From NCBI GenBank assembly GCA_013265495.1, contig MU058039.1:560591-624590 (forward strand): a stretch of DNA of 64,000 nucleotides, read 5' to 3'. Shown here in pieces: positions 1-15,640 of the stretch. Within the stretch, counting starts at the first letter, position 1, and each line of letters begins with the position of its first letter. This DNA comes from Vicugna vicugna (Eukaryota). A program made the translations under genes and the position numbers. The notes beneath the pieces are model-generated. The model saw only the letters and a program-made list of their open reading frames with translations, was not told the origin of the DNA and searched no databases.

Positions 1-552
1 TAGCCAAGACATGGAAGCAACCTAAATGTCCATTGACAGATGAATGGATAAAGAAGATATGGTGTATATATACACAATAGAATACTACTCAGCCATAAAA
101 AAAGAATGAAATAATTCTTCAGCAGCAACATGGATGGACCTAGAGATGATCATACTAAGAGAATTAAGTCAGCAGAGGAAGACAAACATCAGTGATATCA
201 CTTATTTGTAGAATCTAAAAAATGATACAAATGAATATATTTACAAAACAGAAACAGACTCACAGACATAAAAAACAAACTTACCATTACCAAAGGGGAA
301 ATAGAGGGAGAGGGATGAATTAGGAGTTTGGGATTACCAGACACAAAGTACTACACATAAAATAGATAAACAACAAGGTTCTACTGTATAGCACAGGGAG
401 CTATATTCAAGATCTTGTAATAACCAAGAATGAAAAATAATACGAAAAAGAATATATATACCTATAACTGAATCACTTTGCTGTACACCAGAAACTAATG
501 CAACATTGTAAGCCAAATATACTTGAATTAAAAAAAATAAAAAATAAAACAA
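1..552 (+). mobile_element. LINE-1 3' end (ORF2 end, 3'UTR, A-rich tail), continues left of the window
   Basis: Typical L1 motifs (atggaagcaacctaaatgtcc, tactactcagccataaaaa) and A-tail at 528-552. Confidence 0.9.
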
Positions 553-886
553 ACACTCCCCCCACCCCAAAACCCACAGAGGTCCTGAGTGAGATCCTTT
601 GTAATATCTAGTTCAATGAACTACCGTAAGAGATACAAAAGGGGGCTGAAGCTTTATGTACAGAAATTCCTGCTGCTTTATCGCAATTTCCATAACCTAA
701 GAAATAAGACTTGGTATCTGTTGTGGGGTAGGTCTTTCCCAGGAAGATTACTTTCTGCGAAAAGGATTTTCCTTACTTAACTCTGTTACCACTGATATCT
801 TTTTATATACCTTGGCCTTATTCACCCTGCCTTCTGGTGCTCTAAGGTAGGGCCCAAATATGCCCCATATATCACCCCATACATAC

Positions 887-1158
887 TAAAATTTCTGCTC
901 TTTGCTTCAAGATGTGTCTTTCCTCCCTCCGGTTTGGTGATCCTTATAGGTGCTGACAAAGGTTTGAGTGTCTTTTCAGCAGGGGCCGCAGGTTCACCAG
1001 CCCTTGCAATATCTAGAGAAAAGGGAAATTGCTTGTCTCTGTGTGACAAGGTCACTTTCTCATTTAGCCGCTGCTCCACCTGAGTAAGGAGGTACTGGAT
1101 ATCATTAGCTTGAATTCCCAGCAGCCGGTCCAGAGAGGCTTCTCCAATAAAGTCCTGC
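887..1158 (-). pseudogene. WDR87-like exon 4 homologue (QDFIGEASLDRLLGIQ...), 272 nt, open
   Basis: Acceptor tttgtag|G, donor A|GTATGT. Same length and phases as WDR87 32932-33203. Confidence 0.85.
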
Positions 1159-1625
1159 CTACAAAAGTCAAGGGAAAAGAAGGATAATACTGAGCCAGCA
1201 ATAAAACAAAATTAGAAGAGGAGGAGGAGGGGAAAGTACAGGACGAGGAGGTTCAAAAACAATGGAAGAAGCAGGGATAAGGTAGCCAACTAGGACAGAG
1301 TACTTAGAAGTAAAGGATGGATAAAGAATAAATAATCTAAAATAGCACGGAATAGAGTAGTCAGGGTGACCCATGATGCTTCTTCATTTAGGAGATTTGG
1401 GGACTTGAGTCTTGAGGAATCTTAAGGAAGTGAGAAAATGATGGAAGGGCAGGCTAGTCAACGGACAGAAGAGGGATAGGCACTTGGGTGAAAAACAAAT
1501 AGAATACAAAGAACATAGGCAGATGAAAAGAACAGAAAAGGGGTGGTGGAGGAGAAGCAGCAGTCAGATTTTGGAGGTTAGGAGCTAGAAGGAACAGAAG
1601 CGAAGAAGGCTGCCACCCAACTTGC

Positions 1626-4518
<2,893 letters not shown>

Positions 4519-4930
4519 CTAGAAGAGGATGAGAGATGAAAGCCTGACCATGGAGGCAGGTTACCTCTCAAAAGTGAGGGATAGAAGAGGGTTGAATGTT
4601 CCCTGTTCCCTCTTGTGGGTCTAAGAAAAGACTGGACAGCTTGACTTTGGGAGTTTCCTGGTGCTAGGAATCAGGTATGTGATAGAAGGACCATGCTTAA
4701 GGCTCTTTCCTTGGCCTTTAGCCTATTTTACAGGGGATATGAATTCTGTGACCCTGATGACCAGAGGGGAAGAAGCATCACTGCATCCAGGTTAGACTGG
4801 CATATGGAAATGGGAATTACAGTGAGCTAACTTAGAATCACCCTCATCATTCTGAAATGAGGGCAGTAAGGTATGATGCATATACAGTGGATTCAGAACA
4901 AGGCGGCAGAAAAAGATGAGGTAGATTTAC

Positions 4931-5098
4931 CTCCATTTGTTTTAAAGACAGTTCTGCCCAGTTTAAGGAGACAAAATAGTTGACCTCGTTGGAGTAGAAG
5001 CAGATGAAAGGCTTGCTCTGGGGCTGGTAAGGTTCTTGGTATAGAGTCTCAGGCCAGTCTCTCAGTACAACCACATCATCCTTTGGTTTTCCATCAGC
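4931..5098 (-). pseudogene. WDR87-like exon 2 homologue (ADGKPKDDVVVLRDW...KQME), 168 nt, open
   Basis: Acceptor ctctcag|, donor GAG|GTAAAT, homologous to 36944-37114. Confidence 0.85.
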
Positions 5099-5945
5099 CT
5101 GAGAGAGAAGAGTGGGCTGAGCTAAGAGGACTGAGTCCTCACTCACTCATTCATTTAATAAAGGTTTATTGAGGGATTAGTGGAAATTCATTGTTATTTA
5201 GCTAATCAACATTTGTTCACCCTGCCACTAGAAAGCACTGTTGGGGGGGGGGCGGTTATCCCTCCTTCACCCTCAGAATGCGTCCTAATTCATCAAAGTA
5301 CCTTCCAGCCTTTCTGAACCAAAGTTCCTTAAGACAAGTAAGACCTAATATCCCAAAGTATCCATTCTACATAATAAATTAATTCTTCTCTATTTATCTG
5401 GAATACTACTAGTTATGGACCATCCTTAAGGGAACTGAGAAAATAGTCCCTCAAACCATTTTCTGTGTTCTATGGGTCAGATGAGGAACCACATTTGAGA
5501 AAGCCTGTTATGTTCTGTGACAAACACTGGCAATACAATAATGAGCAAAAGAGATACAATCTTAGCTTTCAAAAGATACGAGTCCAGTGGAAAATACATT
5601 AAACAGACAACTAACAAGTGACTATACAAAACAGGCAAAGCCTTCAAAAGAACAAGATACAATTCTATGTGAATGTGACAAAGGAACCCCACCTTGACAA
5701 ATATGTCTACCTGTCATGGTTGGAACAACTCTTCAGAGTTCTTGCCTACACCAGAAGGCCCACTCCTGTCACCATCATAGTCATGGTATACAGCCTATGG
5801 GAAACTCATATTTCACAGACATGGAAAGCCCACCATGTGTGACAATTAGACCCAGTGTCATGCACCTCCCTCACTATTCTTCATGTGCATCCAAGGAAAC
5901 ATGTGCTTTTCACAACATGGAGTTAGCTGAATTCTAACCCAGTGG

Positions 5946-5967
5946 AGTGTGTGTGTGTGTGTGTGCG
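5946..5967. repeat. (TG)n microsatellite
   Basis: Direct observation. Confidence 0.85.
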
Positions 5968-7235
5968 CACATCTATCAAGGGAAATATGTTACCTTTTAA
6001 CAAGTTACACAGTAGGATGTGTACAATATACACTACCTTCCAGGCACTGTAGCATGTACCTAGGATGTAGGTACATGAACTCCTCATTCTGACCAGCCAA
6101 AACTGAGGCTCATGAAGTCTACTTTTAAAGTAACCTCTTCTCAGAAGATACTTGTGCTATGTACTTGCCTCTTCAACAATGCTCCATGAATCTAATTCTC
6201 CGAGTTTCTCTACCTTAGAATTTGAAGTATGACCACCTAAGCTGGAAAGTATAATACTCAATTGAACTAAAGTGTTAATACTTTTTTACTCACAATGCCC
6301 ATCATGCCTGCTTCCTTCACAAAGGATTTGAGACTATACCGAGGCCATTATCCACAACTTAGAATCTCTCTTCTCCCTCTATTTCTCATTTTCAGGTCTT
6401 TGAGTATTTTGAGAGAATACAGAGAGATGGAGAGCTTCTAGCACTCACTGTCATTGCTAATTCAGTGACAACATCAGAGTTGAGAGGATCTTGGTATCTG
6501 AGCTGCTAATTGCCTCTTCATTGAAACAGAAAGCTCATTTACATACCCCTTATTTCACTACTGATTGAATAGTTAATCACCATTCCTCTCCTCCTTTCCA
6601 GACTTCATGTACAAATAATTCATTCACTCATTCAGCAATATCAATGCGTGTCTACAGAGGACTCCAAGCAATGCATCTGTGCCTGGCACTACTGTTACAT
6701 ACTCTATATCAATCCCCGTTCTATCCTCTCTCCCCTCCTTCCATCCCAATAAAACTCAGATCTTATTTAGGGTGATGGATGGACTCAGAAATTCTGGCAA
6801 TACCATAGAGTGACTGGCACAGTTCTGTGCTCTCTGATCTTCACTCTTCTACCTACTTTCAACTTAAAGATGACACCTGGAAGTGTAGCAACTATCTTGC
6901 AAACTTATGATAATAAGTTAATTATTAAGCAGGTGGAAAGAGAGAAAAGGAACATGGTTCCTTGACATCATGTAAGACAAAAATGCCTCTTGCTTGTTTA
7001 ATCCATTTAAGACCATTTTCTGTTTTTCTGGGTTTTTTGTTTGTTTGTTTGTTTGTTTTGCAGAGCATGTTCTAATTATAACTAATGTTTTCTTAGTCCA
7101 GAAGTGGGAGTTGTTCAGGGGTATGGGAGGGCCCTTCCAAGGCTGCTCCCACGTTGCCCATGCCACAGGCTGCCTTGGCAGGGATAGATAATTAGTCCAA
7201 GCCATCACCATGTGCATATCACTCATTCACATCAC

Positions 7236-7313
7236 CTTTATATCCTTCAGGATATTTTTTATGAGGACTTTCAAGTCCTTCCACTCTGGAATAAGTCTGG
7301 GTGAAGGCGACAT
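7236..7313 (-). pseudogene. WDR87-like first coding exon homologue (MSPSPRLIPEWKDLKVLIKNILKDIK)
   Basis: Manual translation, 78 nt, open. Acceptor ttccacag| at 7359, weak donor AAG|GTGATG. In-frame upstream ATG at 7343. Confidence 0.85.
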
Positions 7314-8929
7314 CCTTGTGATACTCCAGCACTTAATAGACATCTTCGATTACAGAACCTGTGGAAGGCAAAAGTGACTTAATCACAACATCTGATGTTA
7401 GACTGGAAAGTAAGGGAATTGGGAGAGGGAAGAGTAACAGGGAAAGTGAGAGAAGGAGAGAAGCAAAAGTATTCCTTTAGAAACAGGAGAAACTCTTATT
7501 TCAAAAGATAGGGGTCAGAATGAACTAATGATACTTGCAACAACATGGATGAATCTCAATACATTATAATGAGTAGAAGCCAAATGCCAAAGAGCATCTA
7601 TTTGATTCCATTTACCACATGGAATTCCAGAAAAGAGTAATTTAACCCCTAGGGACAGAGAACAGATCAGTTGTTAACTGGGACTAAGAGTTTGGGAGAT
7701 TGCCTAGGCAGGAGTAAAAGGAAACATTTTGAGTGATGAAAACGTTCTATATCTTGACTTTGGTAGTTGTTGCATGGGCATATTAAAAATGGGTACACTT
7801 TAGTACATGTAAATTATACCTAAATAAATATGGTGTTTAAAAGAGGACAGGAGTGAAGTGGGAGTCTTATGAAGTCTAAAACAGGAAAAAAATGCAGCAA
7901 AAGTAAGCTGCTAGGTGAGCTTCGGTGAGTCAGTTGTAGTGTAGCTATTTAAATAATACAGGAGCCTGGCATTCCGGACCTCCCGTGACTCTCTTCTTTG
8001 GGATGCTCATTTTTGTAGACATAATTATATTTATTCTCTTCACTACTGAAGCCTTCATATATGTGAAAGTAACTCACCTGTTCATCAAAGATTTACTCAG
8101 TGTTCGTTATATGCCAGGCTCTGTGCTGAGAGCTGGTGATAAAGCACTGAACAAGAATGATTATCTGCCTTCATGGAGTTTACTATCCAATATGGAAGGC
8201 AGAAAATGAACAGTTAAAATAGATGTCCAGTTCTGGCAAGATGCCAGACTAAAATAACCTGAAAGCCTCCCACTACAAACTCCTAGAAATTCTGAGTAAA
8301 ATAACATGTGGCTGAATTCCAGGAGCCAGAAATGAAGATGGCAGGGGATGGGGGTGCAGGGGGAAGATACAGCAGTAAGTGCAAACTGCTTCTGTGATGG
8401 TCCTGAAGAGGTGTAGTTATCAGAGCCCCAAACTGATCATAATGGCTAGGAGCTAGGGTAGTACTGCCCTGGCTAAGAGAAGAGAAGGGACTTGGGCCCA
8501 TAAGAGGTAGGGAGCCAGAACTGAGACTCCTCCATTACCTTGGAAAGAGCTACTTCCGTACATAGAGCTGGCTCATGACCAGCTTCCTGAAAGCTTACAC
8601 AACTTTAAACATTTTTCCAGGCATGAGTCGGGACCCTACACATCTCCAAATTCAGGGGATACCTGAACGGGTATCATCAAGCTCTCCAAATGATTCTCTG
8701 ACACATACCTCACAAGGAAGAGAAGAAAAAGGGGAGAAGAAATACGATACAGCATACCAACAATTCTAAAGAGATGATTTTAAATCTACACCTGAGAGGG
8801 TAATGAGCTGGGGTGGTGGTGGGGGTGTCACAAAAATCTTCTTCACAATCTCTTAGCAGGCTCTGCATAGGTTATCTGATATCTATTGTTCTCAGATGAA
8901 ATTCCCAGAACATTGAAAGCCACATTTAA

Positions 8930-11560
8930 CATCTTGTTATATGTGTAATATTAAAAATTCTAAGGAAACCACCAAAAAGAAAGAAACAGGTAGAATGTAT
9001 GCTTTAACCAAGGGAAGAGGGATAGGAAATAAGGAAATAAGAATCAACCCAGTAGAAGAAATGTAAGACAAAACATGAGAGAAAAAAGAGGTAACATAAA
9101 TAGAAAGAAATAAGGTGATAGAAACAAGTCTAAATGTGTCATTAATGTAATAAGGACAGGCTAACCTCATTAGATAAAAGACAAATTATCGGATTGGTTT
9201 TAAAAAATGAATAAAGTAAGTTGTATGCTGTTAATGAGAGAAAAATCTAAAATGCAAAACATGGAAGCTTTAAAGTATCATTACCATGTCTTCTGTTCTG
9301 AAAATCATCTAAAAGCAATAAAGAGAATGAAAAAATCTTTGCTAACTCCACATTCAGCAAAACAAGGAGATAAGTATAATCTGTAGATAACAAATTACAC
9401 GTAAGAGCTGAAATCAGGGACACTTAGGAATAGGAGTTGGGAACAAGAAACTTATGGAGAGAAATTTGAGAACAAAGAAGGACAGAGACAGATCAAAAAA
9501 AAATGATGAAAATTAAATTTCCTAAAGGTGAGGGTCTGACCATCAGGTGAGAATCTATACCCCCTACTTGTAACTACAACTGCAAGAAACTGGGAAGCAG
9601 AAGCAGAGGAAAGAGGCTGCTCAATCCCTTTGAAAAGCCATATATGCGATGGAAGACAATGAGTGAGCTTTAATGTTGTGAAAACCAGCTGGCCTAGAAC
9701 TCTACCCTGACCCCTTCAACACACCCAGGAACCTCTTACAAAGAAATAGTCTGGGAAAGCCCAACTCGGATGTAGTGTGAGAAAAAAAGAACGAGTAAGT
9801 CATTAATCCAAAGTTACAAAAAGAACTATGAAGGAAAAGAGTTAAAAAAAAGAAGAAGAAGGTCATTTACTAGAAAACTGCTGTAATGGATCAGACAAAA
9901 ATTATAACTAAATATTTTGCATGAATGAAGAAAAAGTAATAATCTAATTGCCTCTGTGAAGGAAGACCACAAGGCAAAAATGTAAGAACTCAGGGAAGAG
10001 ATGGTGAAACAACAGAGTAAGATAAATGTGAGCAGGCAAAATGGAAGAATAATCAAGTATTACAAACATAAGGGCAAAACTTGAAGAAACACAAGGGGAA
10101 AAAGTAAGAAACAGAGAATAAAAATGGGAATAAAAGAAACAAAAATAGAAAGAATTACTTAGAAAATAATAAATTTTTCAACAGATGGTACTGGGACAAC
10201 TGACACATGCAAATGAATGAATTTGGTCCCCTATCTCACCCCATATACAAATATTAGCTCAACATGGATCAAATACCTAAATGTAAGAGCTAAAACTCTA
10301 AAACCTTTTAGAAGAAAACATAGGTAAAAATCATTCTGACCTTGAAGTAGACAATGGTTTTGTAGATGTGACACCTAAACCACAAGCAACAAAAAGGGAA
10401 AAAAAGATAAATTGAACTTCATCAAAACCTCTTGTACATCAAAGGACACTATCAAAAAGTAAAAAGACAACACACAGAACAAGAGAAAAGATTTGCAAAT
10501 CATCTATCTGATGAGGGTATAATATCTAGACTATATAAAGAACTGTTACAATCAAATAAAAAGACAAATAATCCAAATTAAAAATAGGCTAAGGATTTGA
10601 AAAGATACTTCTCCAAAGAAGAAATACAAGTGGCCAATACCCACATGAAAAGATGCTTGACATCATTAGTCATTAGGGAAATACAAATTAAAACCACAGT
10701 GATATACCACTTAACATTCACTAGAATGGCCATGTTCTTTTAAATGGAAAACAAGTGTTGGCAAGGATGTGGAGAAATTGGAATCAAATTGTCAAAACTT
10801 GGAACTGAGACATCCTTCAATAGATAAATGGATAAATAAACTACAGTATATCCAGACAATGGAATATTTAGGTCTAAAAAAAAATGAGCTATTAAGCCAT
10901 GAGAAGACATGGAGGAATTTTAAATGCTTATTACTAAGTGAAGGAAGCCAATTTGAAATGGTGACACTGTAATTCCAACTATATGACATTCTTGAAAAGG
11001 CAAAGCAATGGAGACAATAAAAAGATCAATGGTTGTCAGGGCTAGGGGGCAGAGATGAATGGGCAGAGCAGAAAGGATTTTTATGGCAGTAAAAATACTC
11101 TATGATATTAAAAGTGATGTATATATATATATCATTATGCTTTTTCTAAACCTGTAAGATGTACACTAAGATTGAACCCTAAGGCAAACTATGGACTTTG
11201 GGTGATTATGATACATCAATGTAGGTTCATCCCTGGTTAAAAATGTACCATTGTGGTGAGTGATGATACCGAGAGATAATGCATATGTGGGGAAAGGGAA
11301 TATATGAGAAATCTCTGTACCCTCCTCTCAATTTTGTTGCAAAACTGAAAGTGCTCTAAAAAAATTAGGTATTTTTAAAAATATATCTTCACTCAAACAC
11401 TTGTATATGAATGTTTACAGTAGCATTATTCATAACAGCCCAAACACTCTAAATGTCTATCAACTGATCAATGAATAAAAAATTATTCATCCATAAAAAT
11501 GAATGAGAACTGGTACATGCTACAACGTGGATGAACCTTGAAAATATTATATCATGCTAA
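8930..11560 (+). mobile_element. Old, fragmented LINE-1 (L1M-type) pieces
   Basis: A-rich, degenerate ORF2 3' region (~10170-10770) and L1M 3'UTR-like sequence. Boundaries approximate. Confidence 0.7.
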
Positions 11561-12154
11561 AATATTATATTGTGTGCGGATAGAAGCATCCAAACACTGG
11601 ATAATTATACAAAAACTTAATTACAATGAATTTCAAATGTGAAACTCTGAGCTTTGGGGACATGAGTATTTGCTCTATTATTTATACTTTTCTGCAACTT
11701 TTCTAAATTGAAAGCAAATTACAGCTGTAGTAAATGTTAAGGATAATATATAATAAGGATATGTAACAATGGGACCTACTCCAAAGTTCTGAAGAGAGAG
11801 AGAAAGGTGAATTCTTCACACTTAAGAAAGGAAACTTTAGAGGACATGCAGCTTTCCTGGCACATCAGTGTTTTTTTGTTTTTGTTTTCCTCACAAGGAG
11901 GAATGCTTTACAAGGCAGATACATGTGATTAGAAGGGCTGGGGTGAAAAAGTTTCTCCAAGGGTAAAGGAAATCAACATATACTGAGGGCCTACCACATG
12001 TAAAGTGTTACACATTTTTCTATATCCCTATCTCACCCCATATACAAATATCAGCTCAACATGGATCAAATACCTAAATATAAGAGCTAAAACTCTAAAA
12101 CCTTTCAGAGAGAGAGAGAGAGAAGACATATATATCTTCATTTAATACTTAACC

Positions 12155-12787
12155 TGTGAGAAGGGAATAGGCAGAATGGCCCCACAAAGATGCCCATTAC
12201 CTAATAATCCCTGGAACCTGTGAGTATATTAAATTACATGGCAAAAGGGACTTTGAAGATGTAATTAAGATCATGGAACTTTAAACAGGGAGATTATCCT
12301 GGATTATTGTAGGAGACGGCAATCTCATATAAATCATCAAAAGCAAAAAACTTTCTTCAGCTGGAATCAGAGAGATGTGGCACAATAGAGAGTAGAAGGG
12401 AGAGGTGGCAGAAAGAGAAGTCAGAGAGATTCCAGGTAAGAAGCATTTGATGTGCCATTACTGGCTCTGAGATGTAGGGGCCCAAGCACAAGGACTGGAG
12501 AGAAAGTTCTAGGAGCTAAGGGCAATCCCCAGTGAAAGACTTCAGTCCTACAATCACATGAAACTGAACTTTACGAACACCCTGAATGAGCTTGGAAGCA
12601 GATTCTTTCCAGAGTCTTTATATATGAATCCAGGAAGTGAACCCTTTAATTTCAGCTTTGTGAAACTCAGAGCAGAGAAACCAGTCAAGCCTACGGTACT
12701 TCTCACTTAAGAACTATGAGAAAGTAAATGTTGCTCAAAGTGGCTAACTTTCTGGTAATTTATTACAGCAGCAATAGAGAATTAACA
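12155..12787 (+). mobile_element. MLT1-type (ERVL-MaLR) solo LTR
   Basis: Characteristic aatggcccca...gggagattatcctggattat...ttacagcagcaatag...aca sequence. Confidence 0.75.
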
Positions 12788-12990
12788 TAGGCACTAACAT
12801 TTTTTTGCAAATTTACTTATGCAGCAAGTACTTTCTGTATGTTATCTCATTTAATACAAACAACCTTCTGAAGTAAGGTTTATTCCAATTCTGCAAAAGA
12901 AGTTAATTAGCTTAACTACAGTTGTACAGCTAGTAGGCGGCAAAGCCAGGATTCAAACCCAGGAAGCACAACTGTAAGATGCATCTTTTG

Positions 12991-14323
12991 GAATAAAAAC
13001 AGTCTCTTCAGAAAATGGTGTTGGGAAAACTGGACAGCAGCATGTAAATCAATGAAGCTAGAACACTCCATCACACCATACACTAAAATGAACTCAAAAT
13101 GGATCAAAGGCTTAAACATAAGACAAGATACAATAAACCTCCTAGAAGAAAAGATAGGCAAAACATTATCTGACATACATCTCAAAAATGTTCTGCTAGG
13201 GCAGTCTACCCAAGAAATAGAAATAAAAGCAAGAATAAGCAAATGGGACCTAATGAAACTCATGAGCTTCTGCACAGCAAAGGAAACAATAAGTAAAACA
13301 AAACGACAACCTACAGAATGGGAGAAAATTTTTGCAAATGAAACAGACAAAGGCTTGAACTCCAGAATATATAAGCAGCTCATACACCTTAATAAGAAAC
13401 AAACAACCCAATCCAACACTGGGCAAAAGACCTAAACAAGCAATTCTCCAAGGAAGAAATACAAATGATCAATAGGCACATGAAAAAATGCTCAATATCA
13501 CTAATTATCAGAGAAATCCATATCAACACTACAACGAGGTATTACCTCACACCAGTCAGGATGGCCATCATTCAAAAGTCCACAAACGACAAATGCTGGA
13601 GAGGCTGTGGAGAAAAGGGCACCCTCCTACACTGCTGGTGGGAATGCAGTTTGGTGCAGCCATTGTGGACAACAGTATGGATTCCTCAAAAGACTAGGAA
13701 TAGACTTACCATATGACCCAGGAATCCTGCTCCTGGGCATATATCCAGAAGGAACCCTACTTCAAAATGACACCTACACCCCAATGTTCATAGCAGCACT
13801 ATTTAGAATAGCCAAGACATGGAAACAGCCTAAATGTCCATCAGCAGATGACTGGATAAAGAAAAAGTGGTATATTTATACAATGGAATACTATTCAGCC
13901 ATAAAAATGACAACATAATGCCATTTGCAGCAACATGGATGTCCCTGGAGAATGTCATTTTAAGTGAAGTAAGCCAGAAAGAGAAAGAAAAATACCATAT
14001 GAGATTGCTCATATGTGGAATCTAAAAAAAACCCAAAAACATAAATACAAAACAGAAACAGACTCATAGACATAGAATACAAACTTGTGGTTGCAAAGGG
14101 GGTTGAGAGGTGGGAAGGGATAGACTGGGATTTCAAAATGTAGAATAGATAAACAAGATTATACTGTATAGCACACGGAAACATATACAAGATCTTGTGG
14201 TAGCTCACAGCGGAAAAAAAAGTGACAATGAATTGTTCATGTATAACTGAAAAATTGTGCTCTACACTGGAATTTGATACAACATTGTAAAACGACTATA
14301 ATTCAATAAAAAAATGTTAAAAA
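12991..14323 (+). mobile_element. Young 5'-truncated LINE-1 (ORF2 C-terminus + 3'UTR + polyA) with a perfect 15-bp TSD, inserted in a MIR
   Basis: ORF2 peptides ([38 protein letters not shown]). TSD AAGATGCATCTTTTG at 12976-12990 and 14324-14338. Confidence 0.93.
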
Positions 14324-14499
14324 AAGATGCATCTTTTGAACTACTGAGTTATACAGCCTTCCTAGAGTTAATGGAACTCACAGAGCTTATATTAAGTGTG
14401 TCCAAAGTGAAAAGGCACCTGGTTAGCTGAGCTCAAGCATGAGGCCAGGTTTGTCTAGTTTCAAAAATGTTAATCCCAAAACAGTCAACAAATATTTGT

Positions 14500-15640
14500 T
14501 GTATTTGTTGTATTTTTTAAGATTCTACTTTATAATATGTCTTTTGTTATCCAGTGGATATCCTAAGATCAAAACCCGTCACTGTCCTCAAGGAACTTCA
14601 ATAGTTAAAATTTGGTAATTGCTGTAATGGAGCACTTGAAGGTGCATGGGACACCACAGAATACTCCAGGGAGGAAATGCAGGTACTCAGCACAGGAGAA
14701 GCATGAGGGAGAGAAGGCCAGGCGGAGAAGGCTTACTAAGGCATTCCAGGAGAAGAGAATGGCACAGACACTTACATAGGAGTTAAATATTTTTACAGCA
14801 CAATTTCAAGAGGGCAGTAGAAGAAAAATGGCTAGATAAGTGGGAATCAGTGTTAAGTGTCATACTAAGGAGTCCAATTTTTATTTCAAGTAGGTGTTAA
14901 ACACTGGAAACAATTTATATAATCTGATTCAGAGCAGTGGGAAAGGAAAAGAAAATGATGAGAGCAATATGAAATATTTAGGGGTGAGAACCTTTGAGTC
15001 TTGAAGATCAGTTGGATATGGAGAGTCAGGAAAAGAGAAATCTATAATGGTTCATGGGTTTCTAATCTAGGCTGTGAATGAAATTTGGTGCATTCAGATG
15101 AACCAAAGAAGAGTAGAGCAGGTATGGAGGAGAGAAGATCAGTTTGACTTTGGATTTGATGAGATGGTTATGGAATATCTAAATGAAGACAGCTGGCTAT
15201 GTGGGTCTGGAGATCAGGGAAAAAGTCTGGATTGAAAACAAATATGAAAATGACCAACCTATAGGGACAGCTGAAACCAGGCATCTGGAGGACTATGCCC
15301 GTAGAGGAGTATGCAGCATGAGAAGGAGACTTGATAATCAGATAATTATGGAGAAGTACACTGAGAAAGAACAACTATAGAAATATAGGCTGTTCTCCCG
15401 GAAACCAGAGGAGGTGCATTTCATGCAGGTAGATCAACTGTAACAGAGAGGTCAAGTAAGATGAACTGAAGACTGGATTTGGTAAATAGTACTGGTGTCC
15501 TTAAAATGAGAAGAGTATCACTGTTCAAGAAGAGTGATTCTTGAAGTCAGACTGGAGGGAGCTGAGGAGCAAATGAAAAGTGAGAAACTGAAGTACAGCT
15601 TTCAAAAGCTTGGGGATGAAGGGGAAAGAGGGAGAAGGGG
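14500..15640. mobile_element. Degenerate L2 fragments
   Basis: L2-like purine-rich sequence. Boundaries approximate. Confidence 0.55.

Noticed and set aside
13052..13918. ORFs resembling the C-terminus of a reverse-transcriptase protein
   Set aside because: Frameshifted fragments of a 5'-truncated L1 ORF2, not a host gene.
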